This document shows positions 19,693 through 30,100 of a DNA stretch of 64,000 nt, one piece after another (positions within the stretch are counted from its first letter, which is position 1; every line of letters begins with the position of its first letter). The stretch spans positions 68,661 to 132,660 of the forward strand of contig CBFCYE010000003.1 in NCBI GenBank assembly GCA_965602225.1, given 5' to 3'. Both the position numbers and the translations under genes were made by a program. The notes under the pieces were generated by a model. The model saw only the letters and a program-made list of their open reading frames with translations, was not told where the DNA came from and did no database searches. This stretch comes from an uncultured Gammaproteobacteria bacterium (GTDB lineage: Bacteria; Pseudomonadota; Gammaproteobacteria; Tenderiales; Tenderiaceae).

Positions 19693-20541
19693 CTAGTCCT
19701 GCCAAAGCCCCCAAATGGGCTCACAAGCTTCGGGCAGTGGCGGCATCTGCCCCATGTTAGACCAAGCCTGACTGGGACCATGATAATCAGAGCCTATCGA
19801 TGCTCGCAATTCATACTTCTTGGCATAGTCAGTCATGTTTTTGGTAACATTTATATCCTGGCGCCCGGAGATCACCTCTAGCCCGGCACCACCCATTTGT
19901 TTAAATTCATCAAACAGTAACCGCAGTTTGGTCGCAGATAATTTATAACGGGCCGGATGAGCGACCACAGCATGACCACCCGCTGCGTTAATCCACTCCA
20001 CCGCCTGTGCCAGCGGGGTCCACTCAGCGCAGACATAGGCCTTCTTACCATCGCCAAGATAGCGGTCAAAGGCCGCCTGCATGGTTTTGACATGACCGTT
20101 ATCAAGCAGAAAACGAGCAAAGTGAGTTCGACTCAATATCTGACCATTAACATAGGCCTGCGCCCCTTCCATTGCACCTTCGATTCCTAGCTTGGCCAGG
20201 CGGTTCGCCATCTCTTCAGCACGACCTGTTCTTTGATGGCGCAAACCAGCTAAACCCGCCTGCAGAGCCGTGTTTTCAACATCAAAATTAAGACCAACAA
20301 TATGCAGCAGATGTTTGCCCCAGGTGACAGAAATCTCAACCCCGGCAATAAACTCTAGCCCAAGCTTTTCTGCCTCAACAGCTGCCTCGACGTAGCCATC
20401 GGTGACATCGTGATCCGTCAAGGCCAGCACCTCAACACCACAACTGTGGGCATAGCCAATCAACTCGGCCGGGCTCAGCTCGCCATCAGAGGCGATAGAA
20501 TGCGAATGCAGGTCGTACTTTTTATATCGGTTGAATTCCAT
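19693..20541 (-). CDS. PHP-domain phosphoesterase TrpH/YciV (RNase AM-like)
   Basis: YDLHSHSIASDG and LTDHD motifs of the PHP domain. The track ORF was trimmed to the ATG at 20541 (MEFNRYKKYDLHSHS). Confidence 0.8.
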   Translation of the reverse strand: MEFNRYKKYDLHSHSIASDGELSPAELIGYAHSCGVEVLALTDHDVTDGYVEAAVEAEKLGLEFIAGVEISVTWGKHLLHIVGLNFDVENTALQAGLAGLRHQRTGRAEEMANRLAKLGIEGAMEGAQAYVNGQILSRTHFARFLLDNGHVKTMQAAFDRYLGDGKKAYVCAEWTPLAQAVEWINAAGGHAVVAHPARYKLSATKLRLLFDEFKQMGGAGLEVISGRQDINVTKNMTDYAKKYELRASIGSDYHGPSQAWSNMGQMPPLPEACEPIWGLWQD

Positions 20542-20649
20542 TACTAACCACGTGAGATACAAGCATAAAGCCGGCTATGATAGAATCTTTGGCCACATTT
20601 AGCGAGCCTCATCGGCTCGACCATAAGACATTGCAGTTCCGAGGATGAC

Positions 20650-21225
20650 ATGAAATTCCTGTTCGACTTTTTCCCGATACTTTTATTCTTTATCGCCTAT
20701 AAGGCCTACGACATCTATGTCGCCACCGCCGTCGCCATCATCGCTGCGTTTATTCAGGTGGGCTGGTTCTGGTTACAATATCGTCGTTTCGAAAAGATGC
20801 ATATCATCACCCTGCTGCTGATTACCGTGCTTGGTGGCGCCACCCTGATACTCCAGGATCCAAACTTCATCAAATGGAAACCCACCGTAGTCAACTGGCT
20901 GTTTGGCGTTGCCTTCATTGGTAGCCAGTTCATCGGCAAAAAAACCATTGTCCAGCGAATGATGGAATCCAATGTCGAGCTACCAAAAATCATCTGGTCA
21001 AGACTGAACTTGGCCTGGGCTGTGTTCTTCATCTTTCTCGGCTTTCTCAATCTCTACGTTGCCTTCTCCGGCCATTACGACATGGACGCATGGGTCAACT
21101 TCAAGATGTTCGGCATGATTGGTCTAACCTTTGTCTTCATCATCGGCCAGGCCTTTTTTATCGGTCGTTATATTAAGGAACCGGAAGATGAAAATACTCC
21201 GGCAAACTCCAAGGAGGAGTCATAG
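20650..21225 (+). CDS. yciB: Intracellular septation protein A (YciB/IspZ)
   Basis: [27 protein letters not shown]... is collinear with E. coli YciB as recalled. Five TM helices. Confidence 0.85.
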   Translation: MKFLFDFFPILLFFIAYKAYDIYVATAVAIIAAFIQVGWFWLQYRRFEKMHIITLLLITVLGGATLILQDPNFIKWKPTVVNWLFGVAFIGSQFIGKKTIVQRMMESNVELPKIIWSRLNLAWAVFFIFLGFLNLYVAFSGHYDMDAWVNFKMFGMIGLTFVFIIGQAFFIGRYIKEPEDENTPANSKEES

Positions 21226-21524
21226 TGCTTTACGCCATCATTGCTCAGGATGTAGAAAACAGTCTCGACAAACGCCTGGCAGCACGCCCCGCTCACCTCG
21301 AACGACTAGAACAGCTCAAGAGTGAAGGTCGCCTGCAACTCGCTGGCCCCTTCCCAGCAATTGACAATATAGATCCAGGCCCGGCCGGTTTCAGTGGCAG
21401 TCTGATTGTCGCCGAGTTTGAGTCACTGGAGGCCGCACAAGCGTGGGCTGATCAGGATCCCTACATCGAAGCCGGCGTCTATCAATATGTTGCGGTACAA
21501 CCATTCAAGAAGGTGTTGCCCTGA
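21225..21524 (+). CDS. yciI: YciI family protein
   Basis: [36 protein letters not shown] matches the E. coli YciI pattern. Start overlaps the yciB stop. Confidence 0.85.
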   Translation: MLYAIIAQDVENSLDKRLAARPAHLERLEQLKSEGRLQLAGPFPAIDNIDPGPAGFSGSLIVAEFESLEAAQAWADQDPYIEAGVYQYVAVQPFKKVLP

Positions 21525-21793
21525 TGTCTACAGAAAGAGAACAGCTGATTCGGCAGCGGGTGGACGAGTCACTCAAACCTGAATCACTGGAGTTGATAGA
21601 TGACAGCCACATGCATGTTGGCCACGGCGCCAAGGGTGGTCACTACAGCATTAAAGTTGTCTCAAATGCATTTGAAGGCAAAGCCATGTTGCAACGCCAC
21701 CGTCTGGTATATGACGCCGTCGGCGACCTGATGACAGCCGAGATACACGCATTAAGTATTGACGCCAAAACACCATCAGAAAACCAGACCTAA
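21524..21793 (+). CDS. BolA family protein
   Basis: DDSHMHVGH...HY.I.VVS..F.GK..L.RHRLVY motif of the BolA family. 89 aa. Confidence 0.85.
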   Translation: MSTEREQLIRQRVDESLKPESLELIDDSHMHVGHGAKGGHYSIKVVSNAFEGKAMLQRHRLVYDAVGDLMTAEIHALSIDAKTPSENQT

Positions 21794-21872
21794 AATAAGC
21801 ACTCGAAACAGATCTAGGCCTGGGGTAGGATAGCCTCATCCATTTCACCAACCTGATACCAGGATTATTCCA

Positions 21873-22397
21873 ATGACTAAATTTAGAAACTCAGTTTCGG
21901 CCCTGATATTCAGTGCACTGACACTGCCAAGCGCATTTGCCGCCGAAGATAAAATCATCGCCTTAATTAATGGTGACCCGGTAATGACCTCAGAGCTACT
22001 GACCTACGCCAAGGTCAAAAACGCTCAGGCTGATCTTAATAATGACGATATTCGCAAACAGATGATCCAGGCATTTGTTGGTCGCGAGCTACTATTCCAG
22101 GACGCCATCGCACAAAAAATTGATCAATTGCCAATCGTCAAACTAGCCTTGGAAAATCAGCGCCACGAAGTTATTTCACAGGCCTTGATTGCAAAGATCA
22201 TCAAGGACAACCCCATCACCGAAGAACAACTCCGCAGTGTTTATGACAAAAAGGTTGCTGAACAAAAGGATAGCGGAAAAGAACCTCCTACATTTGAGCA
22301 GATCAAACCTCAGCTGGCGAAGTTGATGTTCGAACAAACCGTCGCTCAATACATTCAGACGCTGCAGAAGAAGGCCAAGATCGAAAAGCCTGAATAA
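21873..22397 (+). CDS. Periplasmic SurA-N-like chaperone domain protein (no PPIase domain seen)
   Basis: Signal peptide (ALIFSALTLPSAFAAED), then a helical region of the kind found N-terminal to PpiC/SurA rotamases. I see no rotamase motif. 174 aa. Confidence 0.45.
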   Translation: MTKFRNSVSALIFSALTLPSAFAAEDKIIALINGDPVMTSELLTYAKVKNAQADLNNDDIRKQMIQAFVGRELLFQDAIAQKIDQLPIVKLALENQRHEVISQALIAKIIKDNPITEEQLRSVYDKKVAEQKDSGKEPPTFEQIKPQLAKLMFEQTVAQYIQTLQKKAKIEKPE

Positions 22398-22407
22398 AAC
22401 CATACAG

Positions 22408-22430
22408 CCCGGTGCTACAACAGCACCGGG
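22408..22430. terminator. Bidirectional hairpin terminator shared by the 21873-22397 gene and the ancestral ligA
   Basis: Perfect 9-bp stem cccggtgct / agcaccggg with loop acaac. T-rich on the minus strand (tgtatggttttattc) and ttatt on the plus strand. Confidence 0.7.
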
Positions 22431-22524
22431 TTATTCGTAACGCTGCAAAAAACTCTATAAACCCCGCCTCGTCCAACACCTCAACACCAAGCGACTCAGC
22501 CTTACTAAATTTTGATTTTGGGTA
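22431..22524 (-). pseudogene. ligA: 3' remnant of canonical NAD-dependent DNA ligase LigA (last ~30 codons, end of BRCT domain)
   Basis: The reverse-strand frame reads PKSKFSKAESLGVEVLDEAGFIEFF. Compare the E. coli LigA C-terminus [25 protein letters not shown]. The present frame has no stop before the terminator. A TAA at 22431-22433 abuts the hairpin in the neighbouring frame. Confidence 0.75.
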
Positions 22525-22538
22525 ATATACCAATCATT

Positions 22539-24497
22539 TTATTCCCTTATAAATTCAAGGTATTCATCCTCAGTTAATACTGCAACACCTTTTTCCCTAG
22601 CCGTATTAACTTTCGTGGCACCCACTTTTTCACCTGTAATTAGATAGTCTGTTTTACCAGTTACTGAACTAGCTACTCTCGCACCCAGTTTTTTTGCTTC
22701 CACTTGCATATCTGAACGACTTCCATACTTCATTGAACCGGTAAATACAACTTGCTTGCCTGCAATAGGACTCAACTCCCCTGCTTCCTGTAATTCAGAA
22801 GTGAGTCGCGTCCAGTCCAGGTTAAAGCCCAGACCTATTAATTCCCTATATAGGCCACTAATTTTACGCAATCCACAAACTACGATATCAGCTGTTTTTT
22901 TGGCAAATCCTTCGATAGAAGTAATCTCGTCTACTGACAACTTAAAGATATCTTCAAGTCGGCGGCATGAAAGTAATCTTTCACAATTACCTGCTCCCAT
23001 TCGAAAAATCCCGAACGCAGCTAGAAATCTCCAATCCTCAATTTTCTCTACTCGGCTTCTTAAAAGTTCGTTGAATAAGTTTTCGGACTGTTTCGGACCA
23101 AACCCCATAGATTGAAAGTCATCAATACCTAATCGATAAATACCTGGTAGTGAACGAACATCGTACTCATATAGTTTTTTTATAGTAGAAGGCCCAAACC
23201 CATCAATATTCCCAAGCGTCTTAAAAAAGTGCTCTATCGTGTGTGTAATTTGCGAAGGGCACTCAATATTGTTAGGACAAAATATATATTCACCATCCCA
23301 AACCAGCTCAGATCTACAGCTTGGACATTTATTTGGAATTTTTGGAGTAGTTGGCTTTATAACCTTAACAATCTTTGGGATCACTTCGCCACTGCGTGTA
23401 AGCTCTATAACAGCCCCGTCGCCGATGCCATTTGTTTTTACCATGGCATAATGATGTGCAGTAGCCCTATGTATCATTGCACCACTTAGACGTACAGGCT
23501 CAACTTCTACCACTGGATTGACACGCCCTGTTCGTGATGTCTGAGGTATCACATCAAGCACCTTTACCTCGGCCTTCTCGACATTTTCCTTATAAGCAAT
23601 CTGCCAACGATGATGATGCCTTGTAGCACCCATATATTTCTTTAATCCATCATCTATAATTTCAAGGATTACACCATCGACATCAAAATCAACAGAATTC
23701 CAAGCTTCGTTTATAATGGCATCGTAATCTTTTTCAAGCTCATCATATAGCCCTTCCCATGAGGGGAGTATTGAAAATGGATAAAACACTGCAGCTTTAT
23801 CCTTGATAGCTTTTTCCGCATGCTCCTCAAGCTCCTTTTCTTTAACCACACTTGCCTGAAAGTTACGTGTATTCTCAAAGTAATTAGAAAGATATTTTTT
23901 GAAATATTCCTTACCTACCACAATCTCTCCAGCACCAAGACCGCGTTCTCCGCCATCCGCAACAACTAATCCACGGTCAAAGACGCGAGTAATATCTGTT
24001 CCACGTTTTCCATCACCGCGCGTGTATAATCTGTCTCCATCATCATATGCTGCAAACCCGTCAAGCTTTGGCGTTACACGAAAAACAAGCGAACTAAATT
24101 CCTTACCAATATCGTTCGCTGCCTTTCGCACTCTATCCACCCACTTATCAATCTCATCTTTACTATATGCTTTATCTGTTGAAAGCATTCGCACGGGCAA
24201 CTCCTTTGTTTTACCCACGAATGCAGCCTCAGGCTCAACAGCCTGGAGGATAGGATGCTGAGGATTACGTGCTCTTAATTCTGGGATAAACGTAAAGTCA
24301 TAGTCCGCATCACTAATTATCTGTTCCCCCCCTCTATAAAGGGCATTGGCTATCAGCAAGAACTCAACAAGCTCATCATCACCTAGTATCCCTTCATCTA
24401 TTTGCCTAGATGCGATCATAAAAACTTTTGACTCACTCAATTCTTTAAGCGCAATATTTGTCCGCTTAAGTATTTTATTTTGCTCTTCGTTAAACAT
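22539..24497 (-). CDS. Divergent full-length NAD-dependent-type DNA ligase (652 aa) on a low-GC insert
   Basis: All LigA modules are recognisable but diverged:
- Ia-like ALYRGGEQIISDADYDF
- RMLSTDKAY (compare PMLSLDNAF)
- Adenylation TPKLDGFA
- TRGDGKRGTDIT
- DGVILEI
- HRWQIAYKE
- OB fold QTSRTGRVNPVVEVEPVRLSG..IHRATAHH
- Four-Cys Zn finger CPSC...CPNNIECPSQ
- HhH repeats
- BRCT GKQVVFTGS...DYLITGEKVGATKV..A...GV.VLTE.EY
SD AAGGA lies 8 nt before the ATG. Confidence 0.85.
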   Translation of the reverse strand: MFNEEQNKILKRTNIALKELSESKVFMIASRQIDEGILGDDELVEFLLIANALYRGGEQIISDADYDFTFIPELRARNPQHPILQAVEPEAAFVGKTKELPVRMLSTDKAYSKDEIDKWVDRVRKAANDIGKEFSSLVFRVTPKLDGFAAYDDGDRLYTRGDGKRGTDITRVFDRGLVVADGGERGLGAGEIVVGKEYFKKYLSNYFENTRNFQASVVKEKELEEHAEKAIKDKAAVFYPFSILPSWEGLYDELEKDYDAIINEAWNSVDFDVDGVILEIIDDGLKKYMGATRHHHRWQIAYKENVEKAEVKVLDVIPQTSRTGRVNPVVEVEPVRLSGAMIHRATAHHYAMVKTNGIGDGAVIELTRSGEVIPKIVKVIKPTTPKIPNKCPSCRSELVWDGEYIFCPNNIECPSQITHTIEHFFKTLGNIDGFGPSTIKKLYEYDVRSLPGIYRLGIDDFQSMGFGPKQSENLFNELLRSRVEKIEDWRFLAAFGIFRMGAGNCERLLSCRRLEDIFKLSVDEITSIEGFAKKTADIVVCGLRKISGLYRELIGLGFNLDWTRLTSELQEAGELSPIAGKQVVFTGSMKYGSRSDMQVEAKKLGARVASSVTGKTDYLITGEKVGATKVNTAREKGVAVLTEDEYLEFIRE

Positions 24498-24605
24498 GTA
24501 TTTTCCTTATCCCCTGAATAACCAACGGGGACATCAGGTACTCCTTCAGATACACCAGAAAAAACTCAAGAATTATCATTTGTTCCTTGGTTTCAGGTGA
24601 TAGTT

Positions 24606-25016
<411 letters not shown>

Positions 25017-25143
25017 CTAAGTGCTCGTATTATCACAACTTTTATTCACAGCAACAACACACACATTACACACTACCTAAAGTTTCAGGGCTTATATCCG
25101 AATATTAAGGTGTTATGTAAGGAATACATTAGAGGTTAATGAA

Positions 25144-26277
25144 ATGAAAGCGTACAGGATCACCAAGAACGACATTGGCGTCGGTGATCCCTTGCCGTGG
25201 AATGTATTAGACAGAGAAGGCAAACTACTTCTCAAGAAAGGCGCAATTGTAACCTCCACTAGAGTACATGAACTCCTTTTAGAACGCGGCCTTTATGAAA
25301 AACCAACACTAGAGCGCACAAAAACAACCGCAGAAAAGCCCGAAGAGCAGCAAAAAGGCCCTTTCAATCCATTTGAAATTATTGAGAACTGCACCTTCAA
25401 GCTTGGCAGAACCTTATACAACCTGACACAGAATAAAGACTGTTCGGACAACCTCAACCTGATCACCAAAAGCATCATGATGGCCTGCGACAAAGATCCC
25501 GACGCTGCGCTTGGTGCAGTCCATCTACTGCATGGTCATGCCTACACAACCATTCACCCTATTCATGTTGCAGCGCTGTGTCATGCCCTGTGCCGCGTCA
25601 CCAAACTATCCGATGAAGAGACACATAGAATCATCAGTGCCTGCTTAGTCAGCAATATCGGCATGTTAGAACTACAAGAGGTTCTGCATGATCAGGAATC
25701 CCCATTAAGCCAGGAACAAAAAGACCAGATTGCAGCCCATCCAGAAGAGAGCGTTAAAATTTTAAGGGCCAATGGCATCGACGATGAAGCCATGCTGGAA
25801 ATTGTCCTGCAGCATCATGAGCGCGCCCATGGCGAAGGTTACCCAAACAAACTAAAGGCCGATAAGATTAACCGTGGTGCAAAAATACTGGCACTGGCTG
25901 ATTGCTATAGCGCCATGGTTTCACCACGCATCTACCGCGATACAGTTGATACCTCCGCGGCGCTTAAAACCCTGTTTCTGGAACGCGGCAAGGAGTATGA
26001 CGAAGAGCTGGCCATACAACTGATTAAGTATATGGGCATCTTTCCTCCTGGCACCTATGTAAAGCTGGCTAACGGAGAGATCGGTCTTGTGGTAAGACGA
26101 ACTGCAAACAACATAGCTCCCCAGGTTTCAAGTGTCATCAGCATCAAGCAACTGCCTTATTCACGCCCAATTAAGCGTGACAATAAACGCAAAGAATTCG
26201 CCATAAAGGGGATCGTTGAAAACAAAAAGAAATTCAGTTTCAGCCTGGCAACAATCTGGGGCTATGACACGGCCTAA
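25144..26277 (+). CDS. HD-GYP domain protein (cyclic-di-GMP phosphodiesterase family)
   Basis: HD..(H)...HHERAHGEGYP motif (QHHERAHGEGYPNKL), 377 aa, with an N-terminal non-catalytic domain. Confidence 0.85.
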   Translation: MKAYRITKNDIGVGDPLPWNVLDREGKLLLKKGAIVTSTRVHELLLERGLYEKPTLERTKTTAEKPEEQQKGPFNPFEIIENCTFKLGRTLYNLTQNKDCSDNLNLITKSIMMACDKDPDAALGAVHLLHGHAYTTIHPIHVAALCHALCRVTKLSDEETHRIISACLVSNIGMLELQEVLHDQESPLSQEQKDQIAAHPEESVKILRANGIDDEAMLEIVLQHHERAHGEGYPNKLKADKINRGAKILALADCYSAMVSPRIYRDTVDTSAALKTLFLERGKEYDEELAIQLIKYMGIFPPGTYVKLANGEIGLVVRRTANNIAPQVSSVISIKQLPYSRPIKRDNKRKEFAIKGIVENKKKFSFSLATIWGYDTA

Positions 26278-26278
26278 C

Positions 26279-27121
26279 TCAGGCGTTCGCTAACCACTTG
26301 CAATCATACTCAGCAATTTGCTGTCGTGTTTGATCAACCGCAGAACTGGTCAAGACACTACGCGTTTCATCTCTCAACTCACCACCCAGCTTTTGCGCCA
26401 GCTGTTGGGCAGTATCAAACATCACATCAAAACCGGACAAACCATTAGCCTGTGAATTGGGCATTTGTATAAACAGGCTAACACCTGGGGTTGATATAGC
26501 ATCAACATTATCAAGATCAAACACGCCAGGCTGTACCATATTCACCAGACTGAAAGCAGCGCCGCTATCTGTTTGATGGTGAAAAATCTGCATATCACCG
26601 TGTTGCATACCGCAGCATTGAATCGCTTCTATCAATGTTTGACCAACAAAGACACTACCCTGTGGTGCCATTACATTAAGCACAACCACCTTGTCTGGTG
26701 TATCCGCTTTATAAACCTTTTTGTTAGATCCTGCTGAATCAGAATCAACTTCGATCTTGGTTTCGCCGCGTAATTTACCGAGCATGGAGCGGGCCCGGTC
26801 GGCAACCGGATTGAGCTGAGGAGAAACATCATCACGTTCATCTTCAACATGAATCTCCAGGCTTTCTGCAACTGCGCCACTTTCCTGAGCGCTCACCAGC
26901 CCATCATGTTTCTGATAACCCGTTTCAGGCTTATTCTCAGTCTTTACCACAACAGCGCTGGAGACAACCATATCAACATCATGATCTTGATCATCTTTCG
27001 AAAACAAAACGCTGTGATCAATTTCATCCCAGCTATGGCGACGCTTGCTACGCATCCTTGCCACACCAGCCAGAATCATTACAACACCAACAACAATGAG
27101 TACTACTAATAAAGAATCCAT
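26279..27121 (-). CDS. zipA: Cell division protein ZipA
   Basis: N-terminal TM anchor followed by basic residues (ILAGVARMRSKRR), a charged linker and a C-terminal FtsZ-binding domain (VLNVMAP.G..F.G..L......G...GDM.IFHH). Located downstream of smc. Confidence 0.85.
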   Translation of the reverse strand: MDSLLVVLIVVGVVMILAGVARMRSKRRHSWDEIDHSVLFSKDDQDHDVDMVVSSAVVVKTENKPETGYQKHDGLVSAQESGAVAESLEIHVEDERDDVSPQLNPVADRARSMLGKLRGETKIEVDSDSAGSNKKVYKADTPDKVVVLNVMAPQGSVFVGQTLIEAIQCCGMQHGDMQIFHHQTDSGAAFSLVNMVQPGVFDLDNVDAISTPGVSLFIQMPNSQANGLSGFDVMFDTAQQLAQKLGGELRDETRSVLTSSAVDQTRQQIAEYDCKWLANA

Positions 27122-27150
27122 CTATACGATCCGTTCCGTGAAACTTAAAC

Positions 27151-30100
27151 CTAACCAACCATCTGCACAGCTTCATCAACATCAACTGCAACCATGCGCG
27201 AAACGCCAGGCTCATGCATGGTGACACCAGCAAGATGTTCAGACATTTCCATGGTTGTCTTATTATGTGTGATAAAGATAAATTGAACCTTCTCCGACAT
27301 CTCTTTAACCATCTTACAAAAGCGACCTACGTTGGCTTCATCAAGTGGCGCATCAACCTCATCCAACATACAGAACGGCGCAGGGTTCAGCTGAAATATC
27401 GAAAATACCAGTGCCACCGCAGTCAGCGCCTTCTCACCACCAGAGAGCAGGTGAATACTTGAATTACGTTTACCCGGTGGCCGCGCCATCACCGCAACAC
27501 CGGTATCAAGCAGGTCATCACTGGTAAGTTCAAGATAGGCATGACCACCACCAAACAGGCGCGGGAACAATTCTTTAACACCGGCATTGACCTTGTCATA
27601 GGTATCTTTGAAACGGGTTCGCGTTTCTTTATCGATCTTGCGAATTGCATTTTCAAGCGTGTTCAACGCATCAATAAGATCCGCATTCTGCTTGTCCAGA
27701 TAGGTCTTACGCTCTGACTGCTCTTCATACTCTTCGATTGCGGCTAGATTGATAGCCCCCAAACGCTGGATACGTTGACCCATCTCGCTAACCTGCTGCT
27801 GCCAGCCACCTTCGCTGGCATCATCTGGTAATTGCAGTAAGACTTCAGCCATTACCAGCTCGGTTTCTGCAAACTGTTCCTGCACGGTCTGGCAGCGGAC
27901 AATGAATTCCTGACTGGCCATACGTTGTTTTTCAAGATCAGAACGAATCTGCTGTGACCTTTGTTCAGCCTGATTGCGCTCGTCGCTCAACTCGCGCATG
28001 GCATGGTCTAGCTCTTCAACGGTACGACGAGCCTGCAGCAGTTCCTCCTCAACACCAAGACGATTTGCTAACAGCTCTTCCAGCTGTCCGTTCATTTCCT
28101 CAAAAGGATTAGCCTCGCCCTGTAGCTGATTCTTCAGCTCGTCACGGCGTCTATCCAAATGATTTAACTGACCCTGCATTCGCTCAAGGCGCTGTTGTGT
28201 GCCATCCAATTGAGCACGAATAGATTGTAGTTTAAGCGCAATCTCATGGGCGCGTTCACGGTCTTCACGGGCCTGCTGACGCGATTGATCAAGGCCTTGG
28301 CGCAGTTCATCACGTTGCTGACTTAAATCATGACGGGTCTGCTCGAAGTTTTCAGTCTTGGAAAGCACCTCATCAAGACGAGCGCGCATTTCTGACAGCG
28401 ATTCTTCTGACGTTAAGCGTTGCTGACGCAGATCAGTAATATCAGTTTCAAGCCGTTGTTTACGATTGTGGAATTGTTGCAACCTTTCCTGCCGCGCACT
28501 CAACTGTGAATCAATCTTAGCCTTGGATTGGGCAGTCTGATTTAAGCCGCTTTGCAGCTCTTCACGACCCCGTTCAAGCTCCTGTTGACGAGCACGGCTT
28601 TGTTGCACGTTTTCCTGTAGCTCTTCAACCCGGGCTGCAGTTTCTTCAATGTCTTCTTCGAGCGCCTTCAGTTCCTGCTCACGTTGCAAGACACCGGCTT
28701 TCTCATCAACGCCACGGGCTACACGTAACCAGTCACGTCCCAACCAGATGCCATCACGGGTAATAATAGATTCGTTGGCTTTAATTTGACTACGCAGTGC
28801 CAGTGCCTGCTCCAGTGAATCAGCAGCATAGATGCCGGTCAGAAACGAAGCCATGGAATACGCTGACGTCACCTTGCTTAACAAGGCTGTGCCAGCAGAA
28901 CCGGTCTCAGCGTCAACCGCCGACATCTGAGTATCGAAGACTGTCAACGCGCCTTGATTGAGATCACTCAAGGCATTGGCAACGGCATCCATACCCTCAA
29001 TACATACCGACTCAAGGTTCAGTCCAAGGGCAACCTCGACGGCCTGTTCCCAACCTGACTCTACGCTGATGTTCTGTGCCAACCGGCTGGCATTATCCAG
29101 CCCTTTCGACTTGAGCCATTCATTGAGCTTGTTATCGCCCTTGCCCAGCGCCTGCTGTTGCAGCGCTTCCAGAGAGGCAAGACGTCCCTGCATGCTTTGC
29201 TGGCGGCCACGTTCGGCATCCAGCTCACCGCTAAGCGTCTGAGTGTGTTCACGCTCATGGCGGATCTGTTCAACCTGTTGCTCAACTTCGTGACGCAGTT
29301 GGCCCAGCTGTTCCTCAAGTTGTTCCCGCTCTTGTTGCAGGTCACCTAACTCAGTTTCAAGACTACCCGGTGACAACAGACCCAGCTCATCATCAATGCG
29401 TTGGATGCGTTGATTAAGTTGCGTCAGACTCTGTTCCTGATGTTGGATACGGGTCTTTTCCACTTCAGCTCGGCGGATGTGCTCTGATGAGGTTTGATTA
29501 AATTCATCCCAGCGTTGCTGCCAGCCCTGCATTGATTCTTCGGCAGCACTCAACATGGCCGACGATTCACTTTCTTTGTCACGATAAACCAACAATTCTT
29601 CTTCGTTGGCCTCAAGTGACATCTTCAACTCTTCTAAAGAAGAGCGATCATTTTCCAGATGTTCAGTCGCCTCAGTCCAGGCCTCTTCCACCTCGCGCAT
29701 CTCACGTTCCTGCTGTGAGCGAGTATCCTTAAGATGCTGAATAGTCTGTTCCAGACGGGCTATCTCTGAACCCAGGGCATAGTAACGGCCCTGAACCAGA
29801 TTGAATTTTTCATTGCTCTCGGTCTGGTGTTCGCGTTGCGACTCGATGGCCGCCTCAATACCGCGCTGTTCGGCGATCTGCCCCTCCAGCGCTGTTTCTT
29901 GCGCCTGAATCTGCTTATCACGCTCCTGTACGGTGGTATCAAGATTAGAGAATTTCAGCGCCAGCAATTCGGCCTTGAGCTTGCGTTCCTCTTCTTTAAA
30001 ACCCTTGTATTTCTCTGCCGTATTGGCCTGACGTTGCAAGGTTGCAATACGCTTGCCTAACTCCTCACGCAGGTCATCAATACGCTCCAGGTTTTCGCGG

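Noticed and set aside
22303-22533. 76-aa minus-strand ORF listed in the track.
   Set aside because: It is not a gene. Its first ~30 codons are the ligA 3' remnant, and the rest is read-through across the terminator into antisense of the 21873..22397 gene.
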